Shown: positions 1 to 12,869, numbered from the stretch's first letter. The stretch: 64,000 nucleotides of DNA from Callorhinchus milii (GCF_018977255.1 NW_024704743.1:55492001-55556000), one strand, 5' to 3'. Numbers and translations are program-made. Notes: generated from the sequence alone by a model not told the origin.

Positions 1-334
1 ACTTTATGAAGAGCTCACTCAACCGTGATGGGCCATGCCCACAATATTCTTTTGTGCTGAAAAATTAGATCATATTCTACAATTATGCACTGCCGACAAA
101 CTAATACAAAATATTCACTTCAAATATTCTCTCATTTTGTATTGAAACACATATACAGTAACTTCTGATAACTCATCACTCCAAAGGAAAGAGGCTCATT
201 GATGAGTTAGGCATATACATTACGTATGTATATATGTCAATAAATAAATGTGGCCAGGAATATTAACAGCGTGATGACTTAAGTGGTAGTAACAAGTTGA
301 GTCAGGATCAAGTTATGAGGAATTTATATATAAA

Positions 335-840
335 ATCTTTGCACTTGATATTGCACCTTATCATGCTGAAACATTTGAAAGCGCTTCAGTTTTCTCTGGA
401 CTGTATAACGATTATTTATAGGTTCACGCTGCAGCCAATTTGCAGACAGCAATGTCCCACAAACACCTGTGAAGTGAATTACTATTTTTTAAAATCTGGA
501 ATACGCTAGCTAGGAAACCACGAGATACTCCCTTCTTTTAAAATAGCACCACATGATCTTTGGCATCCCCGGAACAGTAAGACAAGATCTCGGTTTAACT
601 TCTCATCTGAAAGAGACATCTGGCAATGCAGTGTTCCCTTAGCCATACATGAAAGTATCAGCCAAGACAATGAGCTCACGATGTGGGGTTTGAATCCACA
701 AACTTCCCGACTCAGATGAAAGTGTTCAATAATAATAATTCTTGCATTTGATATAGCACTTCTCACATCTTCGAGTCGCCTCAAAGCGCTTCGCAGAATA
801 TACTGTAAAGTGAATTGACTGTATATTTTTGGGTGAAATT
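335..840 (-). mobile_element. Deu-domain SINE (335-728) plus a second SINE tail (729-840)
   Basis: ctcggtttaac..tctcatctgaaaga and shared tail, reversed. Confidence 0.78.
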
Positions 841-2441
841 TTATTATTGTAAAATAATTATCTAAAACCAGGAAACAGTAGAATAATCCCCATTGCATTT
901 TTACACACAAGTCAAAGAGAGGTCACAGCTGCATGCATACTGAGTAACATAACTACAAGATTAATCAACTAATTCAGCCAATTATCATATTATGCAATTT
1001 ATTTTCACCCTGACATTTGAATACATTGATTTGAATTTACTTTTAGGAAACATTTCTTCAAAACTAATATACTGCAATGTTGGTGGCTACGTAAACTATA
1101 CTGTGACTCATTGTAAAATGTGCAGTAAACATCTTGCAGCAAACACAGGAAACTAATCACAGCGACAATGTAAAACAGGATTAATAGTAGTTAAATCATA
1201 CTCAGCGAGACATCCTGCAGGCTGAAAGGATTTACAAAGGTCATGTCTTGCAATTACCACTTAGTAATCTGGGACGCATGCTCAACAAATTGTAAGGAAT
1301 GACACATGAATCCAGGTTATCCAGTGTTAATTGGTCACAATATTCTATTTCACCTTCAAGATAAATGCACCTTTTTACTACAAGTTACATATATTCAGCA
1401 CGATTCACATTAAGCAATATCTCAATACACTGCACTGAGATAGTGCTCAACACTGTGAAGGGGGGGGGCGTGAAAGAGGATTGACAAAGAAGATGACCAT
1501 AGACATGGTCAAAAGATAGATTTTCTGGAGGCTTTTAAATGATCCTTCAGGGAGGTGGAGGGGTTTTGGGAGATCTAGAGAGCAGGGGCTAAAGGCTATG
1601 GATAAAGGCTCAGCCATCAACAGTAGGGAAAGAAAGCGCTTCAGGCTCAGTATGACCAAGCAGAGAGGACGGGCAAGAAAGTAAGGCTGCGGATAGTCCC
1701 AGAGGTAGGGTGGGGAGACCGTGTGGACGGATCTTAAACTCGACTCTAGTGACAAATTCTTGGTAAGTATGGTACTATTCAAATTAACATTTTTAGTATT
1801 TTAAACATTCCTTAAAAAAAATTGGTCACTTCAATCCACGACTGTTTATGGGACACTGCTGTACACAATTGGCTGCCGAGACATCTCAAAGACGTGATAA
1901 GGTGCTGTATCAAATGCAAGGATTATTATTATAACTACATTCAGGAAATATATGCCTATAGTCTTAATCTGGGTTTTTTCACAAAATGCATCTCTCAATA
2001 GCACCAAAAATCCTCCACAATTTCATGCAAAATTTACCAAATTTCTCTACTTTTCCACAAAAATGTCAAATGCCCCACAATTTTTGGCAAATATTTCCAC
2101 ACTTTTCTGTTGGCCCAGGTCACGAGCAAGTACTTTTTAGCTCAATGAAGTGAACTGTCAAATTTTGTATAATGTGGAGCTTGTGTTTGGAGGAACTTGT
2201 GTATTTTTTTTTGGTCAGCCAGGTGCCTGACACGTAGAAAAGTGTTTAAGAATATCCAAACCAGACAGAGTTCCATGCATCCCAGCTACACATGGGAAAT
2301 TCTCACCTCTGGAATGGAATATGCCTGGCCAACAATCCCCCAGACAGCAAAATAAATTATTCACTTCATGGACAGTTGTGGGACAAGAGTCCCATACCTC
2401 GATGGTTAGAGCGCTCACCTCGCAAGCGAGAGACCTGGGTT

Positions 2442-4240
2442 GGGGGCAGAGTGACTGAAGGCTCTCCCGCCAATGGTGGGGCAGGTGGATCAGGGGATGT
2501 GGAGCAGGCCAGAGCCGGCTGAGCAGAGGGAGGGGCGGGTTGGTAGGGGGTTAGGAGGTCGCAGAGGTAGGGTGGGGCCATGGACGGCTTTGTAGGTGAG
2601 GACCAGGATCTTGAAGGATAGGGAGCCAATGGAGTTGGGTGAGAATGAGAGATGGGGTCACGGAGTTTGGTGCAGGAGAGGACACGGGCTGCAGAGTTCT
2701 GGATTATCTGCAGCCTGTGGAGGGAGGAGATGGGAAGGCCGACAAGCAGGGCATTTGCATAGTCGAGCTTGGAGGTAATGAAGGCATGAACAACAACAAC
2801 AAGATGATACCATTTATAGAGCGCCTTTCACGTCGGGAGGACGTCCCAAGGCGCTGGACAGTTGGGTCAGGACCCGAGCAGGGGGGAAATGATCAGGGTG
2901 AGGGGAGAGAAGGGAGGGAGCGAGGAGGGGGTAGAGGGTCGAGAGGGGAGCTGAAGGCACGGTCAAAGAGAAAGGTCTTGAGACCGGCCTTGAAGGAGGA
3001 AAGGGAGGAGGTGGCGAAGGCACTGGGGGATGGAGTTCCAGAGCCTCGGGGCTGAGAGGCTGAAGGCCCAACCACCGATGGTAGGGCGGTTGGGGCGGGG
3101 GATGTGGAGCAGCCCGGAGCCAGAGGAACGGAGGGTACGGGCAGGTAGGTAGGGGGTTAGTAGGTCAGAGAGGTAGGAGGGAGCACGGCCATGAATGGCC
3201 TTGTAGGTGAGGATGAGGATCTTGAATTCGATCCTCTGGGGGATGGGGAGCCAGTGGAGGCGAGCGAGGGTGGGAGTGATGTGGTCCCGAAGCCTGGTGC
3301 GGGACAGTACACGAGCTGCAGAGTTCTGAATGACCTGCAGCTTGTGGAGGGAGGTGCCGGGAAGGCCGGCGAGGAGAGGGTTCCCATAGTCCAGCCTTGA
3401 GGTGACAAAGGCGTGGACCAGAGTTTCAGCAGCGTGAGGGGTGAGGTAGTGCCGTAGTCTGGCGATGTTCCGGAGGTGATGGAAGGCGGTACCAGTTGTG
3501 GCGCAGATATGAGGAAGAAAGGACAGCTCAGGGTCGAACAGAACACCGAGGTTCCTGACTGGTTTTGAGAGGTGGAGAGTGCAGCCTTGGATGCTGATGC
3601 TGTCAGCGCCTGAGGTGCAGAGGCGCTGACGCGAACCAATTAGGAGGACCTCAGTTTTTCGCACGTTGAGCTGAAGAAAGTTGTCTCTCGTCCAGGACTC
3701 GATGTCGGACAGGCAGCTGTCAGGACATCCGTGGTCGTGGAGTTGAGGGTAGAGGAGGAAAGGTAGAGTTGGGTATCATCCACATACATGTGGAAGTTAA
3801 CCCCATGTCTGCGGATGATGTCACCAAGGGGGAGCATATAGAGGGTGAAGAGGGGACCGAGGACAGAGCCCTGAGGGACACCACACGAGACAGTGTGGGG
3901 GCTGGAGGAAAAATCGTTTGTGGAAACAAAACAAGAGTTTCAGCGGCCTGAGGGCTGAGGTAGTGGAGGTGTTGGGCGATGTTACGGAGGTGAGGGAAGG
4001 CAGAGCGGGTCATTGCTTGGATGTGGGGAAGGAAAGACGTTTGAGGGTCGAACAAGACACCTAGGCTCCTGACTGGTTTGGTGAGTTGAAGTGTGCAACC
4101 ATGGAGGTTGATGTTGCCAAAGCCTGAGGTGCAGAGGTGTTGGCGCGAGCGAATCAGGAGGGCCTCAGTCTTGTTCATCTTCAACTGTAGGAAATTTGCC
4201 CTCACTCAGGACTTGATGTCCTGGATGAGAGCAAATTTCA
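2442..4240 (-). mobile_element. L2 subfamily B fragment split by the insertion at 2791-3930
   Basis: 2442-2790 and 3931-4240 join into a sequence collinear with 22170-22730. Confidence 0.88.
2791..3930 (-). mobile_element. L2 subfamily A 3' fragment, nested in another L2
   Basis: Highly similar to 19046-20240; (TTG)n tail; YVDD and stops indicate decay. Confidence 0.93.
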
Positions 4241-4454
4241 GTACCCCTACAGGGTGCACTGGGGTACTGCTGAAGTTTAAACCATCTAAAAATACGCAAG
4301 TTGCATTAAAAGCACCATCTGGCAAGCGCTCTGCTGCTTGCCCAGCTAGGACCACTCTACCTACTGGGGTTTGGGCTTGCAAGGTTAATGGGAGCTGAGT
4401 TTGGGGTGGGGAGGGGTAGGAGGGAAAAATCGTTGTCCACATTATGTCCTTCCA

Positions 4455-5205
4455 AGTCTTGTTGATGAATCAACTGTAGAATCAGAAGAATTTGCAAAGA
4501 TCTTCCAAAGAGAGCTTTATGCTGAAAGTATGCACATTTGTTAATGACTGGCAAATCAATTTCAATGTTGATAAATGTAGGCATTACATATAGGTAGAAA
4601 GAATAGGAAGCACCAGTACTCCATGGATGGATAGAATAGTTGACTCATTGCTCACTGTATCAAAAACAGTATGAAGCAGCAACAGACAAGGCAAACAGGA
4701 TGTTGAGTTATATTGCTAAACCAGTTGAGTATGGATCCCCAGGCGTTATACTCGGGCTAAATGGTGCTAAAGTACTGCACACAGTTCTAACTGTCATGAC
4801 ATAAGAGGGCTACTCAGGCCGTGCAGAGACCAACGAGGTCATCCCCAATATTAGAGGCATGAGCAATTAGACAAGCTGGAGCTTTCCAGTCTTGAAAGCA
4901 GACATCCCAGAGGACAATAAGAATTTAAATGGGATTGCAAAAGTAAACCCAGAAAAATACTTTCGGATTCAGAGACAGCAGAATAAGAGCACATAAGTCT
5001 AGGATTGTAAAAGGCAATTTCAGGGGCAGACACCAGGAAATATTTTCTTACACAAAAGGTAATTAATAACTGGAAAAGGTTACCAGGAAGGGCCAGGAAG
5101 CTGAACCAATGTTAACACAAAACAGATCAATGCTGTAATGGGCAGAATAATCAGATCAAATGAGCTAAAGGGCCTTCTTCATCTGTACTAATTTGTGATC
5201 TTATG
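4455..5205 (+). mobile_element. Old CR1 LINE 3' fragment
   Basis: tggcaaatcaatttcaatgttgataaatg (WQxxFNVDKC) and CR1-type 3' end. Confidence 0.7.
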
Positions 5206-8200
5206 ACTCGTGCATGCTCAAACCAAAACCGCAATGACCACTTACAGCTTTAACACATGCTAAAAATGGGCTGTTACATTAAGACAATTGAGAAACCAAA
5301 GAGAGAGAAAACTAGGTAAAATAAGAATCAATGATTAGGAGACGCCTGAGCAATGTATATATTCAATTTATTTTATCTGATACTTAGTGGCGCTATATAA
5401 ATTTCAGTTGTTGCTATCCGCACAAGCAAGTGACCAATGCTGCTCTGTGGCACACACGAACATGCCGATTTCCCTCCATGCCCGTCAAATGTTTGGTGTA
5501 GCACATCACCACTTGGCTGAGATGGGCAGACAGCCACTTGGAGGAAGACCAAATGCTAAATGTGTTTAGAGACTATGAATATACAGTCAATTCACTTCAC
5601 AGTATATTCTGTGAAGAGCTTTGAGACGCCTCGAAGACATAAGGTGCTATATCAAATGCAAGGATTACTATAATTCATATTAACTAAGATGACTATGCCA
5701 TTAGTTTTAACCTATATTCTGTTTACACAGTTTAAGAGAAGATTACTAGAACTGACATGCTACAAAATATTTGGAGTAAAGAGAAAGGAATTTGGTTAAT
5801 TAGCACTTACTTTAAAATAATTGTCATTCTTACCATTTTGGGGTCCTCCCATATACTCATAGGCATTGCAGCAGTTTGTCACACAGGCACAAGGCCATAT
5901 GAAAAGCCTATTCCAGAAAATGGACAACTACAGATAATGATTTAATTAACTGCATACCACGTGAAACAATCTGAATCAAATACTCTGCTCCTATTATTTA
6001 TTTCAGCAAAGGCTTTACCACTAAATGGGTGTTGACATGGTACAAATGGAGCTATTAAATGCACAGCAACAGACAGAAACAATAAAATAATCTGGTAGCC
6101 ACTTAAACGCCTGCCTCCATTGATAAATATACAACTAAATTTGAGGAAAATTGAAATATCAGTAGTCAACATGCTCAGCACTAGCATTTAACACACTTTA
6201 GCTAAAATAAGAGTAATAAAAATTGGGCTTTCCCCTCAACAAGCCAAAAAAAACTTCAGATTTTTATGCAGCCTTAAACAAAATATATTTGGTTAGATGT
6301 TAAGTGATTCTTGTTAACATAGGCAATCATAGCAGCTAATCTGTGCAATCAACGTCCAATAAACAACAAGATGAGCAGCCAATTCATTTGAACTTGAGGG
6401 TAAATTTGGATTAAGACCAATTTAAATTAACACAATGAAACAATATATATTTAAGACATTTTTAGTTCCTTTGTTGGTTATTTGTTCTTATTTCTTGACG
6501 TGGTGTATAATTTGAATCTCAAAATGAAACACATATCCAAGTAAACATTAAGCTAAGAGGCGAGCAGTGATTGAACATCACTAAATACTGTGTCACAGAT
6601 GGGTGGGTGTAGTCTGATCTCCTATTCTGAGCTGCGCCAAGTGAGAAAAGAATAGTGACGAGTTTCTGTGTGTGTGTCGACATCCCACCAAACCTCAAAA
6701 CAAGTGAGGAAACACAAAGAACTCCCCCTCCCAAACCAGGGAATGTTAAGTTGGACAGGTTGGTTCAGATTGTGATGGAAAGGGCCAAACTCCCCACCCC
6801 CCAGGGGAAAGCAGACCTCTCCCCCCTCCCCACAGGAGAATCAAGGCGGACTCAACAAAAATAACTTTGTAAACTGGTAAAGCACTATAAATCAATTGAA
6901 GTAGTCAGAGATGGCACCAGCAATAAATTCCTGCATGTTAGCAATACATTTCTGTATAAAAATACTAATAATTCAAAAGCTAACCAGCTCACACCACATG
7001 AGCTCAAGAATCTTTTAATCTCTAAGTGCTCCACGATGCTATTCGAATGAAAGACACTATATAAATGCTCATCGTTGTTGACCAATAATTTAAAAATATA
7101 TTCACACATAAATCCAAATGGTTCTGGCGAGTTTGTCCAAATTATAACCCGTTTCTGTCTTCATTATTTATTCCAGTCTCGTTTAGAATTTTAATTTAAA
7201 TTACTTTTCACAATTTCATGCAATAGGATTTGATCAGCTCCAATCTTTACAAACCTGATACTGTTTAAATCAGCCGAGCGCAGTACGAAAAGTCAATTGA
7301 AACACGGACGGCAAGTAAGTGAGACGTCTCGAAGACGTGAGAAGCGCTATATCAAATGCAAGGATTATTATTAAACGGGGGGTGGGGGGGGTGGGGGGGT
7401 AAGAGAGCGTAGTATCACGCACATGGGCACAAATCGCTAACTCGCTTCAGGCGCGGTAGGTAGACGATCCTGCTTTACGGCGAAAGCTCCCAAGCGATGA
7501 ATTCAACGTCTTGCTGAACCGCACCACACTTAAACCCAAGTACAAGCGGAAAGGAGCCGGGGGGCACCAGCCCGCGCCGCACCACCGTGGTGTGGTGCTC
7601 ACCCTTTTCCCACCGTGGGAGTGACAACACATACACCCAGAGTCACAGTGCCAATAGTCCAGGAGTTGCAGGATCGCCGCCCCCTCACTCTGAAACACTG
7701 GAGGGTGAGTGTGTTCCAGACAGGAGGGAGGGAGGGATGGAGGGAGGATTGCTGACCACATATACTCTCCCTCACACTGGATGATGCAAGTCCTTACGTC
7801 TGCGCCCCCTCTGATCCTCTCTCTTTGCAAACGAAAACGTGGCCGTGAGATTACATAAACTCCACAAACCCCCCACCCACCGGTCCGGGAAATGCGGAGT
7901 TTTACCCCAAATGCCACCCACAGATGCCGTGCCCGCGACGCGCTTTGTCCCGACATTCACTTGGATCGGCTTCTCAACAAGAAAACTGCAGATTTTTTTG
8001 TTTGTCCCCCCAAAAAAAAATCGGCGCTTTTTTTCCCAATCGCCCTTTTTTTTGGGGGGAGAGAGAGAGAGAGAAAAAAAAATCTAAATAAAATCCCGAA
8101 ACCGAGCCAATGGGAAGATTATAACACACTGGTGACGTGATTTGGTTGTGGGGGGGAATCATTCCCGGGAGGATCCCGAGTGGAGGCCGAAGCACGTGAA

Positions 8201-8572
8201 GGGGTCAGAACACACAGTGCCCGATGGGTGGGGGGGAAGGAAAAGGGGGAAGAAATGTTCCACATCCCAAAGACGAACTGCAGTGGAGACCAGAGACCAG
8301 GACCCTCCCCCCGGGGGGTGGGGGGGAGAGGGGACAACACGATCCGCGTTGGGTTAACGTGGACAGCACTGCCCCCACACACAGTCACCAGGAGCGTTGG
8401 GGGCTTTTAGATATATATATATATATATACATATAACATAATAAATGCATATTTTTTTTTACACACACACTATAAAATCGTTGCATCTTATTTGAAACAA
8501 TGCTCTTTTTTTGTTCCCCCCCAATCGAGAGCTGCAGTTTGTGCCGATTGCCACTAGACTTTTGGCCCTCAC

Positions 8573-8670
8573 TCCCTCCCTCCCTCCCTCCCTCCCTCTC
8601 TCTCTCCCTCCCTCCCTCCCTCTCCCTCCCTCCCTCTCTCTCCCTCCCTCTCCCTCCCTCCCTCCCTCCC
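8573..8670. repeat. (CCCT/CT)n polypyrimidine microsatellite
   Basis: About 98 nt of only C and T. Confidence 0.95.
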
Positions 8671-9080
8671 ATTGCCTTTCACCGCCACACAACTCATCGA
8701 TGGCCATTTATTTTTTTCCCTGTGTGGTGTATCGCACACACACACACACACACCCCGAGAGCGCATCGCCACACGGTGTGAACGCGTGTAATCCGACCCC
8801 CACATGACTGCACACACCAGAGCCCGTCCCCTCCCCCTCTCCCCCTCCCCCTCTCCCCCAACTTTAGGCCGTCTGGAAACCACGTTTCTAAAATGAAGGA
8901 AAGGAACCGGAAAAGGGGACCCGGTGCGCGGTCTCTGTGGGACCTGTTCACCGACTGCACCGCGCGCTCCGCCCGGGACCCGACCCGCCCCGACCCGCTC
9001 AGCGCTGCCATCTCAGGCACAGCAACAGCGCGAACATTACACAGCACAACCCCCCGAAGGTATATACACGACCGACCCGA

Positions 9081-9733
9081 CACAGCACAGCTCAGCCCAA
9101 CACAGCACAGCTCAGCCCAACACAGCACAGCCCAACACAGCACAGCCCAACACAGCTCAGCCCAACACAGCTCAGCCCAACACAGCTCAGCCCAACACAG
9201 CTCAGCCCAACACAGCTCAGCCCAACACAGCTCAGCCCAACACAGCTCAGCCCAACACAGCTCAGCCCAACACAGCTCAGCCCAACACAGCTCAGCCCAA
9301 CACAGCTCAGCCCAACACAGCACAGCCCAACACAGCACAGCCCAACACAGCTCAGCCCAACACAGCTCAGCCCAACACAGCACAGCCCAACACAGCACAG
9401 CCCAACACAGCACAGCCCAACACAGCTCAGCCCAACACAGCACAGCCCAACACAGCTCAGCCCAACACAGCTCAGCCCAACACAGCCCAACACAGCACAG
9501 CCCAACACAGCACAGCTCAGCCCAACACAGCACAGCCCAACACAGCACAGCCCAACACAGCACAGCACAGCTCAGCCCAACACAGCTCAGCCCAACACAG
9601 CACAGCCCAACACAGCTCAGCCCAACACAGCACAGCCCAACACAGCACAGCCCAACACAGCTCAGCCCAACACAGCTCAGCCCAACACAGCTCAGCCCAA
9701 CACAGCACAGCCCAACACAGCACAGCCCAACAC
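9081..9733. repeat. 15-bp minisatellite CACAG-C(T/A)CAG-CCCAA, about 43 units
   Basis: Directly visible; two interspersed variants and a few 10- or 20-bp units. Confidence 0.98.
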
Positions 9734-9785
9734 GCAGCTACAGCACTGCCTGTTACACGCCCAAAGCCTCTCCTGTCTCTCTCAC

Positions 9786-10150
9786 CCCCCACCACCACCA
9801 CCACACACACACTCACACACACACCGCCACCGACAATCTCTTCACTACAGAAACCCGCACTACACGGAGTGGGAGTAGGAGAGCGCTCTCACTCACTCAC
9901 TCACACACACTCTCTCTCTCTCTCCTCCCCACAACCCCCCGCTCTGCCAAGGACAGTTGGGACCGAGAGGAGTCACATTGTGTGCGGTGCTCTCTCTCTC
10001 TCTCCCTCTCACACACACACACACACAGAGCTCTCGGCGCTGTCTCTGGGAACCGGGAACCGCCGCCGCCAACAACAACAGTAGCAGCGCCGCCGCCGCC
10101 CGTAACAATGGGACAAACGATTGGAACCTACGCCTATTGTTCCTTTGGCG
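9786..10150 (-). other. BZW2: Putative non-coding first exon of BZW2 (boundaries uncertain)
   Basis: Synteny (BZW2 is head-to-head with ANKMY2 in other vertebrates); minus strand reads CCATTGT..(GGC)n..GCTGCT like a GC-rich leader; GTGAG donors at 9785 and about 9895-9905; no coding exon seen. Confidence 0.4.
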
Positions 10151-10580
10151 ACTCCGCGTTCTGGACCGTTCGGGTTAACGTTGCAAAGAGAACTCCACGA
10201 ACAATGAAACCCGCCGCCCCGCGCATGCGCGCCGCGCCGCCCGGGAGCCGCCGACCGCACCATCGCCCCGAGAGGGAGAGGGGGAGAGGGGGAAACTACC
10301 GGACTGCAAAGCCCGAAGTTGACACTTTTCCTCCCCATCGGGGTTCCCGCTTCGGCTTTAGTCCACACACACACATATGCGATTGACAGAAGCCGTGAAG
10401 GATAGCGGAAAAGTGGGGGGGGGGTTTTGATTGGAAAAAAAAAGATAGTGTAGGTTGACCTCCTCCCCCCGCGCGTGTGCCGCGAGATGGACGGTGCCGG
10501 AGCGGTGCGCGGAGCCTCTCACTCACAGCGCGTGGGCCCCGCCATCCGCTGTCACTCACTCACTCACTCCCTCTGTCTCT

Positions 10581-10668
10581 CCCTCTGTGCTGTGTGTCCC
10601 TCTGTCTGTCTGTCTGTCCCTCTGTGCTGTGTGTCCCTCTGTCTGTCTGTCTGTCCCTCTGTGCTGTG
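10581..10668. repeat. 37-bp tandem repeat, about 2.4 copies
   Basis: ccctctgtgctgtgtgtccctctgtctgtctgtctgt starts at 10581, 10618 and 10655. Confidence 0.85.
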
Positions 10669-10847
10669 CGTGTTGTGTGTGTGAGAGGGCCCCCAATGGT
10701 TATTATTTTTTTTATTTTCAAAGAAAACTTAACCCAACCTTTGGGGGTGAAATAATTTTGCGTTCCTTCACTTTTGTGTCGTGACCGTCGTCGTCGTCGT
10801 CGGAGGGGGGGGAGGGGGAGGGGGGAGGGGGGGGTATTCGGACGCAC

Positions 10848-10914
10848 ATGGCTCCGCCTAAGAAAGGCGACCTGACGGCCGAGGAGAAGGAATTATTGCA
10901 AGTCATCTCTGAAG
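10848..10914 (+). CDS. ANKMY2: ANKMY2 exon 1 (MAPPKKGDLTAEEKELLQVISE-G)
   Basis: ATG at 10848; peptide matches the ANKMY2 N-terminus; donor AAG|gtaacg; 67 nt, phase 1. Confidence 0.95.
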
Positions 10915-12029
10915 GTAACGTGGAAAGGGAAAACGGGAGAGAGAAGGGGTGTGTGTGGGGGGGGGGAGGGGGAGGGTTGAGGAATAACCCCCCAACACAC
11001 TCCAAAAAAAGAGGCTGGTGTTTGATCCTCAGTGGCTGTTGGAGGAGGAGTTGTCTGTCTGTCTGTCTCATAAAAAAACAGGCGATGTTTAGGCCAATCA
11101 ACCAGTTGGGTTGTAAGGATTCACTGCTGAAGGAAGGAAGAGAGTGAGAGAGTGAGAGTGAGAGGGAGGGAGGGAGAGGCCCACAGGAAAGGTTCACTGG
11201 CCACTGCTTCTCGTCACTGCCGCACAGCACAACTCATGACTCGTTTCGATAACAGATGTTTCCCCCCTTTTTTGTTTGGAAAAGGAAAGAGAAGAAATGC
11301 TGCTTCTCGAGACACGGGGAGCAGTCACGATCCTTGCGTTCGATATCGCGCCTTTGAGATGCCTCAAAGCGCTTGACACGATCTGCTGTGAAGCGAATTT
11401 ATTGTCTACTTTTTGTGGGAGAAATGGGTCATGTGCCTCCTTTATTTTGCGAAGTTGCTGTGCAGTGTATATACCGTAGTATCCTGAATGTGATGTAAAC
11501 TCAACAGTTGTGCAGTTTTGTACGCAAATGCTGTAATGTCACTGTTACAGTTATAAGTTATCACTGTTATAACATGTCGGCTGATGCCTTCAGATTTTGT
11601 TGGCACAACAACAAAATTACATTTGTTTAGCATCTTTCATATTGGGAAGACATCCTAGCACAGCACTGAATGCCAATGTGTGTGCATGTGCTCAACATCC
11701 ACGTGCTTGTTATCAGTGTTTCCACGTGCAAATGGGAGGTGCCGTTTTCACACTAAAACATGTGTGTCTTTGGAACTATTTCAGGCACGCAAGTGAAAAT
11801 GTGGCCTACCTGTACGCATTATGTTTTGAGAAAAATATAGTTTTCTTTGTCATTGAATAACCTTGTCTTTGTTTACATGCTTACTGTCAAAAATGGCTGA
11901 CTATTTGGTAATGCTGACTTTATTGGTGAGCTACAATGTCGTTTGACTAATTTGGGGGAGGGAGGAGAGAACTGGTGTGATATCACTGTAATTATCCAAT
12001 TCTATAACTAAAGAAGATAAATGGGAGAA

Positions 12030-12862
12030 AGACCTCAATTCCAGGATCAGTCCTGTTCTCACAGACTGCCTGTAAGACATCAAGTCCTGGATGATCCTCA
12101 ACTTTCTCCAACTCAACATTAATAAAACCTCGACTATCTTACTCTGCTTCCTAAAGTACCTCCTTAACTCAGGCACTGACCGTATCGACCTGAGCTTGCG
12201 CAGAACCTCAAATTCGCTCAACTCCATAACGTCGCCCAACTCCACCACTACCTCACCCTCAGGCCGCTGAAACTCTTGTTCATGCCTTCATCACCTCCAG
12301 GCTCGACTATGCAAATGCCCTGCTTGTCGGCCTTACCAACTCCTCCTTCCACAGGCTGCAGGTAATCCAGAACTCTGCAGCCCGTGTCCTCTCCCACACC
12401 AAACTCCATGACTACTCTCGCCCAACTCCATTGGCTCCCGATCCTTCAGAGGATCCAGTTCAAGATCCTGGTCCTCACATACAAAGCCCTCCATGGCCTC
12501 GCCCCACCCTACCTCTGCGACCTCCTAACCCCCTACCAACCTGCCCGTTCCCTCCGCTCAGCTGGCTCTGGCCTGCTCCACGTACCCCGACCCACCTGCC
12601 CCACCATTGGCGGGAGAGCCTTCAGCCACTCTGCTCCCAACCTCTGGAATTCCATCCCCAGTCACCGCCTCGCCCCCTCTTTAGCCTCCTTCAAGTCCGG
12701 CCTCAAGACCCTCCTCTTCGACCATGCCATCGGCCACCCCCTCTTCCCCTCCCTTCTCCCCACCCAACCCCAGCTCAGGTCTGAAATGCTGTACTCTGTC
12801 CAGCGCCTTGGGACGTCCTCCCAACGTGAAAGGCGCTATACAAATGTAATCTTGTTGTTGTT
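12030..12862 (+). mobile_element. L2 subfamily B 3' fragment
   Basis: LHWLPILQRIQFKIL peptide; 3' hairpin; ttgttgttg tail. Confidence 0.92.
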
Positions 12863-12869
12863 CACGGCC

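Larger units (their letters stand above)
7250..11350. promoter_or_regulatory. CpG island / probable bidirectional ANKMY2-BZW2 promoter
   Basis: CpG-rich in a CpG-poor window; NRF1-type GCGCATGCGC at 10221-10230; ATTGG at 10120 and 10430; second cluster with CCAAT at 8107 and GTGACGTG at 8132. Confidence 0.8.

Noticed and set aside
1..7250. Search for BZW2 coding exons
   Set aside because: No recognisable BZW2 peptide was found; its coding region presumably starts left of the window.
9081..9733. CRISPR-like periodicity
   Set aside because: Contiguous tandem units with no unique spacers, in a vertebrate context.
8694..10386. Long overlapping ORFs (497, 386, 313 and 289 aa) with QHSSA, PNTAQ, LSPTQ or WAELC repeats
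   Set aside because: They arise from a stop-free 15-bp minisatellite that is open in most frames; there is no evidence of a real gene.
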